Below, one piece after another: positions 54,657-64,000 of a DNA stretch of 64,000 nucleotides (position 1 is the stretch's first letter; each line of letters starts with the position of its first letter). The DNA is from Octopus sinensis (Eukaryota). The DNA lies in the NCBI RefSeq assembly GCF_006345805.1, contig NC_042998.1:118234001-118298000 (forward strand), written 5' to 3'. The notes under the pieces are model-generated. The model made no database searches. It was not told where the DNA came from and was given only the letters and a program-made list of their open reading frames with translations. The position numbers and the translations under genes were made by a program.

Positions 54657-55654
54657 TAGTGCGTGCGTGTGTGTCTGTATTCAATTCTGCACTTCTGCTG
54701 GTGTATGGATATATATTAATGTCTACTTTCTTATATTCTTAAACCAGAAATTTTCTTGCCGGATCCTGGTCAAAAAGATACTTAAATTTTCATTTCGTTA
54801 TTACCAAACATATTTATATCATGTAACATAAGCTGCAACAAGTATTCTAAATACACACATTTATTGTCGCTATTCTCAATATATTAGGTGAGCACGTATT
54901 CACAAGTACATGTTTCTACGTGGATGATTGGAAATATATAGATATGAATAAGTATGATATAAATGTATGAAAAGTGTTCCATTGCATTCTGTGCATTGGG
55001 AAATATCGATAAACTACGCGCCGAATCATTTGACTATCTTTGCGTATAGTTGTTTACGGAATCATTGTTTTCAATAGTTTCAGTAGTTTTCAATGGAGCA
55101 TAAGTGTTCCAGAACTTTCTTCGATTAAAAGGCATATGGGATATGTTAATAAATACCTTCCAGCCTTAACGGATTTATATAATATGAGGAGAGGGTTTCA
55201 GAAGATAAAATGTTGTACATTACTCGATATATTTATTTTTTCATACCTCATCTTATTTATTTACCGAGATAGAATAAATCATGCCCAAACTAACATAATA
55301 ATTTAGAGTGCATCAAAATCTGTTTTCATCAGTTCATCATAGGTTGTTAAATTTAGGATATCAGAGATGTTTTCATAAATCTTCTAAGACATGACACTTT
55401 ACCGTATAATTATTAAGGGCGTATGATTTCCTCAAATGAATGCATGGTAAAATTGCAATGAATTTAGATGATCTTCCTTTTGAATTGTTTCAATTTAGAA
55501 ATAATGATACTTTGCTGATACCTAAGGCATTTCAGATATTGTGTACACAACCTAATTATATATATACAAGTCCGGAATAAACAGTGATTTATAGCATCTC
55601 CATAAATACGTAAATGATATACCAATATGAATAGAAACACAAACGCATATGAGC

Positions 55655-55686
<32 letters not shown>

Positions 55687-55879
55687 TATTATATATATAT
55701 ATATACACACAAAACATTCACAGATGCTCCCCAGATATACATATACATACACACAAACATGTATGTATATATGTGTGTGTATTAATATAGAAGGAGAAAA
55801 ACAAGAAAAAGAACAACACAGTATCTATTCACTTTACATAAGTTGATGCAGATTAGAACTTGAATATCTGATTGCCTTT

Positions 55880-56270
55880 GTTTTTTTGTGATAGAATAAG
55901 ACCACGCTTTCGACGATGAGTATTTACAACACACGCAGTTTATCGCTGTAAGCTTACTTTGAGACACCACGATATCACAAAGTTTTGTGTCGCCTGCATC
56001 GAGCTACCCCACCAGACGAGTGGATATAACGAGAGCATTTTTCTGGCGGAGGAAGCTTGAACGGAAGTGTCATGCAATGAGATGGAATCAACACGGTGAC
56101 TCAAGTCCTCATACAGCAGAAAATCGTATGTGTGATCAACATGCATCGCATCGTCTAAATGGAATAGCTGTTCCCCGATAACGAAAATGCATAATCGGAC
56201 ATATATTACCTTCGAAGGATTTGATACGTTGTTTACATTCTTCTTGTTCTTCGAGCAACCCACTGATATA
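55880..56270 (+). mobile_element. Possible decayed Tc1/mariner transposase 3' remnant
   Basis: YPTRRVDITRAFFW weakly resembles WPPRSPDLTPLDFFLW; ends in CACTG like Tc1 termini. Confidence 0.3.
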
Positions 56271-56407
56271 TAAGCATTGGGTGGGGGTGATTGTTTGTGT
56301 TACACCATTGCTTTAACTCTAAGTATTCATACGAAATTTTCTCTTTGTAATTTACAATGTAAAGAAGAGTGGCATGGTCAGTAAAAATGAAGATATATTC
56401 ATATATA

Positions 56408-56998
56408 CATTATTTACAATTGACGGATATTTTTCCTCATCTTGTTCGTTGTTAGAGTTTCGTCTCATATACCCTCCAGCCTTCATCAGGTGTCCTGTTG
56501 AAATTTCGAACCTGTATTCTCATTCGTAAGGTATTTTTCGATGTTTGTTATTATTATCATTATTAGCCCATTATATCCATCATGACTACCCGTCTGATAA
56601 GGGTACACCACGTACATGTATCACAGCCATATGTGCGCGACATGATGGCCTCATATCAACATAAACAATGCATGACCTTGCAGGTGGAGCCTAGTTAGAA
56701 TTTTCTTCCGGTCGAGTATACCATCCCACTCAAAAGATCCGTGAATAAGGATTGTTTAAGGATGTCTAACGAACCATCCATGAAACCAAAGGTGAATTAT
56801 CCAAACCTTTAAGAATTCCTTTCAACACACAGCTATGATGCTCCCCCACTACTCCTGCTCGTGATCAGAGAAGCACATATCATCAGCCATAAAAGCGACG
56901 TGGTCAACTGGTTATGGTCAGACAACTGACATGCAAATCTGTGGTATTAAGCAGAATATTTGCTGCAGCCCATTTTTTATACCAAGATGCCATATGCC
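56408..56998 (-). mobile_element. Inverted, truncated copy of the composite at 56999-57985
   Basis: The reverse complement gives part of the ~550 bp body, an (AAT) stub and the hammerhead-bearing tail (CTGATGAAGGCTGGAGGG). Confidence 0.8.
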
Positions 56999-57853
<855 letters not shown>

Positions 57854-57902
57854 CATCAAATAATACCTTACGAATTAGAACACAGGTTCGAAATTTCTCC
57901 AA

Positions 57903-57948
57903 GACACTTGATGAAGGCTGGAGGGTATACCAGCCGAAACGTTGTGTT
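57903..57948 (+). ncRNA. Minimal type I hammerhead motif with a C3-to-U change
   Basis: GACAC-TTGATGA-A-GGCTGG-AGGGTATA-CCAGCC-GAAA-CG-TT-GTGTT, with palindromic AACGTT at stem III. Confidence 0.65.
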
Positions 57949-58085
57949 AAATACAAGCAAAATGAGAACAAATATCCGTCAATTGTTCACAAGGGTGAAC
58001 ACATTATTGATTAATTAGTTGTTATTTTTATTAAACCTTAAAAAAACTTTAAATTAAAAAAAACGGCGGTAACTTACTTGCCAAC

Positions 58086-58142
<57 letters not shown>

Positions 58143-58143
58143 G

Positions 58144-58180
<37 letters not shown>

Positions 58181-58315
58181 TTTTTTCTTTACTCGTTTAT
58201 TGCTGTTCTTATTTTATTATTTTAACTCATGTCCATTGTCCGCACACACACACACACAGACTTACACACGTAAATACATGCATACATACATGCATACACA
58301 GATACATACATAGAT

Positions 58316-58350
<35 letters not shown>

Positions 58351-59229
58351 CATTTATGCTTTCGTGCTTTTCAGCCCATAGATTGTGGCCATGCTGGAGC
58401 ACAGACAATGTAACCATATTTTCAATGCCCATTGTTATGCGATCGGCAATAGAACGTTATTTTTTTCTGTATTTAGATTATGTTGGCTGAGAGCCCGTGT
58501 TCAAAAACAATCCTTCCTTTCCTTTAATGTGATAATTATATTTTAGTATGTGTTTTCTTCCTCGTCGTTGTCGGTTCAATTAATTCCATGCAAATATGTG
58601 TAAATCGTTGGGGGCAATGTTCTTATTTAGTTATTATGTGTAGCTGTTACACAGACATAGCGACCACATGTAGACGTAAGTATAGCTGTATGAATTTGGT
58701 ATGTGTATTATTTCAGTCAATCTGGAATTGGTAGCCAGTCAACAATTGAACTGGATTACACAATGATCCTCTTCTAATTTAACAAATGAGTCATTTATAA
58801 TATGTGAAGCATATTATGGATATTGTGATCATGACTATATTGCTATCTTTATGTTTTGTAGTTATCGATAGTTATGGGTTACCTGTGACTTTGCTAGCAG
58901 TTGATATTGCCTTTGGTTTCACATCAACCGAATAGCTAAATGCATTTATACAACCAAATATTGTTGTGTGCGTACGAATAATACCATTAATTTTCTATAA
59001 TTGGTGTCCAAACGTTGCACAAGCCTATTATCTATTAATCATCTTGGAACTTCAAACATATATTTTTCTCGTTAAACATTTTTCCAAATGAACAGTACTG
59101 CTTAATTTCACATATTTCTACTAGAACCTAACAGTGCGTTGTAAACAAACGAATTAAAATTTTCCAAAAGTTGATATTTTTATTCAAGATAGAAATTACA
59201 GAATTATGAATACGAGTTCCAGATTCATC

Positions 59230-59900
59230 TGTCGCTCTAGTAATATTAATAATGACAGTTCTGTGAAGCAACTCTCCTTCTGGGTGATGCTGCAACACAC
59301 AGTTTTGCACCCTATCAGCATTTTGCGGAAGGATTTGTTAGAAGCCTATCTTCGCGTGAGGCATATCTGTTGCGTATTCATATTGTCACCAACTGCACAA
59401 GCCTCTAATTCAGTGCGTTCATCAATTTAGGTCTGATAGCAATCAATTTGGCATTTTACAATGCGCTGTCAAAACTATATATTATTTACTGAGTTGTCAC
59501 CACTAGCCATAAATTCGACCAATTAGAGACATAAAACCAATGTATACAGTTGCCCGATACATCTGTGAAGCTTTGCAAAGCATTCTACTGTCAAAACCAG
59601 GAAGCAGCTCTACACAGATGTAGAATTCTACGCGCTCCCCCTGGATATGTAACTTAGTTATACCAGAGTGGAGCAATTGTGGATCTCATAACAGAAACAT
59701 GTTCGTGATACACTGGATACAAGATCCAAGCACTTCTATATCGATCAGTTGAAACTGAAACTACCCCCTCCTACACATGGATATAATAGCCTCTTTACCT
59801 GCGATGGCAAGTATAGCAGATATATATTCAAATAGCCGGCAATGCAGCCGAGACAGTCGCTAAAGAATTTATGCACAATCCGGTTTCAGGTTATATCACA
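59230..59900 (+). mobile_element. Decayed Gypsy-like pol remnant (RNase H and integrase)
   Basis: KDLLEAYLRVRH resembles RELLAIY.AVRH and LHKPL resembles TDHKPL; HMDIIASLP and AETVAKEF are integrase-like. Confidence 0.5.
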
Positions 59901-61199
59901 TGTTCTAAAATGAAATGTTCAGAAAAAAGACGATTAGAGTATCCCTTTTTAGTGGAATTGGCATGAGTGTTAGACTGCAATGAAAACTGTACTCTCATTC
60001 ACTATATAACAGCATTCATTATGTAAGAGCAAATTAGAATATTTTAGCACCAACTAACGATGGCAATGAATGCCAAAATAGAGATTTTTTTAGAATATGT
60101 GCAAAAACCATTGTTGTTAATGCACTGAGTATAGACAGATATATATATATGTGTGTGTGGTGTGTGTGTGTGTGCATGGGCGCAAATGCGCATGTGCAAA
60201 TATATCTGTGAGTGTATCATACTGACATTAGAAACAGGTGTGTGTACTATTTACGTTATTATCATGGAATCATTATCATTAATCTCTTTCGCCTGCGCGC
60301 TCTCTCTCTCTCTCTGTCTCCCTCTCTGTTTATTTATCCAATCACAGTCACGCACATATACACACGCACTCACACACACGATCACACACACACGCGCGCA
60401 TAACACGTACAAACACACATACATATGTTGCGCGCATAAATATAAGTGTGTGTGTGTGTGCGCGTATGTGTATGAGTGCATTTGTGTCTGTGTGTGTTTG
60501 CGTGTACGTGTACGTGCGTGTAAGTATGTATGTATATGTATAATCAACTCCCTTAGAGATATATTAAATTTGAAAACGTCTTGACATGAATTTTCAATTG
60601 GAGTGTTGAATATTAATCATTAGGCGTTTGATTAATACTGGAAAACTGACTTTTTAAAAGATAAAGAAAAACAGACATGAATATATTGATGTATTTAGTT
60701 TAAGATCTATATTTTGATCTGATGTTCATTCAATCATATAATTATATAGAGTAATATATATTGTGTATATACATTATAATGGTATTTTATTTGAAATCTA
60801 TTATACATAAATACAATAGAAAATTACAAAAGCTTTAGAGAGCGATGGTCAATAAAGAGACAGTAGTTGACGCCAGTAGAGGAAGAAAATGTATTGAAGA
60901 CAAAGTGTCTGTAGAATATGAGAAGTAAAATAGGGGAAAAACAAGTTGAAATATCTGAAAAATATGCTGCAGCTGTAATTTAGAAGATAATTAAAGAGAA
61001 TATGATAATGGAATTTCAAAACAATTATCAATGCATAGGTTTTATTTGTTGTATACAGGATGTAATTAATGTAAGTAATTAATTATAGACCATTTCGTTT
61101 CAGCATTGGCTTCTTTTTAGAAATAATCGCCAAAACTTCAAGTCGTATTATATTATCTTAATAAAAGTACACAATAGGAAATATAGTTCCTGATTCAAA

Positions 61200-61450
61200 A
61201 AGGATAGTATAGTTACGGGCATGTGAACGCTATTGACAATGGGTCCGACTGATAAAGGCAGGCTTTAGGTTAAACAACAAAAACAACAGTACCAAATAAA
61301 CATCTCAGTGAGTTTGCAGAATCGTTAGATAGTCGCGAGAAATAGCATTGTGGTATGTATTTCGGCTTTTTAATCTGTATACTGATTTCATATCGTAAAA
61401 AAGGTCGCCTTTGCATTTCATCCTTTCAGTGGACAATAAAAGGAAATATC
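61200..61450 (+). mobile_element. Decayed tRNA-type SINE remnants
   Basis: GCAGAATCGTTAG and GGTCGCCTTTGCATTTCATCCTTTC blocks plus an (AAC)-type tail, recognised from memory of octopus SINEs. Confidence 0.35.
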
Positions 61451-61779
61451 AATTAAGTAATAGATTTAATACTTGCGTGAAAATTAGTGACTTTGTGCGC
61501 AAATTAGAACCAATCTAATCTGCGTTGTTATGCCCCAAAACTTCTATGCGCGTGCGACTACCAAGACCTTCTAATGCGTGTGCGACTGATCCAACTAATA
61601 ACTGTTGATATCTCTGCTGCCCTACTTTTAACTGGCCAGTGGCTATAGAAAAGGTGTTTCCTTGGTTTACGAAACATGTTGAAAGAGTTTCTTCTCTGTT
61701 CCAGTTATCCGCCACTGCTTCAATTCAATTTATACTAAAAATGGAGCGGTCAATTTACACTAAAAATTGTAAAAGCATG

Positions 61780-61851
<72 letters not shown>

Positions 61852-62070
61852 ATATATATATATATTTATTTATAAATGAGGGTGAACAATTGATATTAAT
61901 TTAATAATACCATTAATTTAACACCGAGTGGCTTAGCACAAAAAACTACGGAGAAAATACATTCCGTTAAATGTATGTTACTTCTAGTTGGAAACATCTT
62001 TTTCTGTGGCTTTACTATCGGGGCTATTTTTAGCCCTAGAGTTATCCACATAGTGGTTAACTCTCTATTA

Positions 62071-62107
<37 letters not shown>

Positions 62108-62282
62108 TCCCTTCCTGCGTGTGTGATTTATGTATAGTAATGCCCTCTATATAATATAAATAAATATATTTAATAGAAAAGATTGGTGGATTTTTCTCTT
62201 ATGATGTTTTTCACGCTAACTACTTGATAAATTCTTGTAACGATTTTATCCTATTTTTAAATTTTATATATATATATATATA

Positions 62283-62663
62283 CTAGCAGTATCGCCCGGC
62301 GTTGCTCAGGTTTGTAAGGGAAATAACTATAAAGCATTTTTAGAGAGTTATAGCCAAAAAATAGCAAAAAAATGGAAAAAAAATGATGGTAAATTTTTTT
62401 TTTGAGAGTAATAAAAGGTTGAGTTGCGTCCCCTAGACAGTCTGTGGTTTGTTTTTTTTTATTCTCGACCCCATGTTGAATTTATCGATTTTTTTCAGAA
62501 CTGGGGGAACTTTTCAAAATTTTCGCTGCGTTAGTTTTGAATATGACATTGGGCTATGTGTGTGTCAAGTTTCATCAGAATCGGTTGAAAGCCGTGGTCA
62601 GGGTGAGGGTACGAGAAAACAGACACACAGAAACACGCACAGACAAACTGCCGTTTATATAGA
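62283..62663 (-). mobile_element. Complete non-autonomous Helitron
   Basis: Minus strand A|TCTATATA...GAGCAACGCCGGGCGATACTG-CTAG|T, with canonical termini and an AT target. Confidence 0.85.
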
Positions 62664-62673
62664 TATATATATA

Positions 62674-62713
<40 letters not shown>

Positions 62714-62744
62714 TGGTTGTTCATCCGCCTGGAATTCTAGGTTT

Positions 62745-63032
62745 TATAACCATGGGTCATCATTTAGAATCAAACATAAGGCTAATAGCACTTCCTTATC
62801 GCGTAGGATATGGGAACTTAAAGACGAAAATATCAACTTTAACCTTTGATGGTCCATACTTGGATCGGCAGCGATTTATAAAAATAATAGAACTGGTTGA
62901 CAGTTATGTTCCTTAGAACTCTTGGAAATCATTAGATTCCCTGATAAGGACAAGCTAGTTAATAAAATATCAGATTTCAAACGAACTTGTATGCATAAAT
63001 TGACTGAAACCTTTAAATACTATGAGCTTTAA
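62745..63032 (+). mobile_element. Penelope-like GIY-YIG C-terminal remnant
   Basis: YNHGSSFRIKHKANSTSLSRRIWELKD...*WSIL...*QLCSLE...LVNKISDFKRTCMH. Confidence 0.7.
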
Positions 63033-64000
63033 GTCTCCATTATCAATTTTTTATCCCTTCATGATCTCTCGTTGGAAATTCCATCATCTGCTCCCTCCTG
63101 CCACTATTCAGGCATTTAATTAACAACTCCTGGGCTTACCTCCAACTACTTATTCGGTTTACTTTCGCCTAGCTAGATTCTAACCCCATATAGTACACAC
63201 TTATTAAACAATCCGAGAACTTTACACTTATTTATAGAGAACATATCTAAATAATTTAGTCACTGACTCTAAAATTTAGAATATCACTACCATACACGTA
63301 GGTCCTATTAGCCAACACTAATAACTTCAATAATGCTTATAACAATATTAACTTCATATAACACTTCCTAAACAATTAAAATAGGAGTATAATTTACACA
63401 AGTGGATAGACTTGAATTTCCCCAATCACTATATTTTCCCAATCATATTATTAATATTATATTATTATATTATTACTATTATTATAATTTTTCTTTATAT
63501 TCTATGTTTAACTTCCATCTTAAGTTTCATTTCATTTTAATTTATTCTTTACATTTTCAATTTGCTTTTTACCTCTTTGTAACCTATTATTATTTACCTT
63601 TTTATGTATCCTGTCAGATATATTTTGTGCATTTCCAAATATATTTGATAGATTTTGAAATTTTTGATATCTTACAACATCTTTCTAACACCACCGGTTT
63701 ATTCTGTCAGTATTTTTACTATTTCTAATGCTCTTTCACTATTATTTTTTTTAAATGATTCTGTAAAACTCTATTTTTTAAAAATGATTCTTGCAAAACT
63801 CTATTCCTATAGGACCTTATATCTCTATATAAATTATTTCAATTGCTAGTTTGTTAGTTTGTTACAATTGTATTGTTAGTTTGCTACTCCTTTTATCACT
63901 TATATTTATTTCTTTTCTTTTTAAATCATTTCATTTATTGATCATCCCTTATTTCAACTTGTTACTTAATACCAGGTCTATTGGATTTGTCACAGACAGA

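Noticed and set aside
58859-58935. Acceptor followed by a 24-codon open frame (IDSYGLPVTLLAVDIAFGFTSTE)
   Set aside because: No donor, homology or partner exon; compatible with chance.
62745-63032. Two in-frame TGA codons (62847, 62898), one at a conserved Cys, suggesting a selenocysteine-coding Penelope-like element
   Set aside because: No SECIS-like AUGA/AA/GA arrangement found downstream. The endonuclease appears C-terminal, unlike Sec-coding Naiads. Ordinary decay explains both stops.

Overview
AT-rich, microsatellite-dense animal non-coding DNA, probably cephalopod (Octopus-like). That assignment is an inference from repeat style and a mollusc-type 5S sequence. I recognise no host protein-coding gene: the long ORFs belong to transposons, and most short ORFs are translations of (TA)n, (CA)n, (AAT)n or (GAA)n tracts. 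The window holds many nested mobile elements. These include a Helitron split by a 2.5 kb insert with a 9-bp target duplication, and at least four R4/Dong-type LINE families sitting in (AAT)n tracts, one nearly intact at 40481-44327. There is also a near full-length RTE LINE, CR1/L2-group LINE ends in (TA)n tracts, Penelope-like remnants with minimal hammerhead ribozymes, a mariner, an IR/DR Tc1, small Helitron-type elements and a Gypsy remnant. The best candidates for something undescribed are: (1) a 5S rRNA-headed retroposon in (AAT)n whose 5S head shows compensatory base-pair changes; (2) a tRNA-headed element with an internal (AAT)n and a 3' minimal hammerhead, present as a head-to-head pair; (3) repeated fold-back palindromes at retroelement and microsatellite junctions, one with a visible priming hairpin; (4) a templated 50-bp patch replacing part of the RTE endonuclease. 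All family names come from remembered motifs, not database searches.
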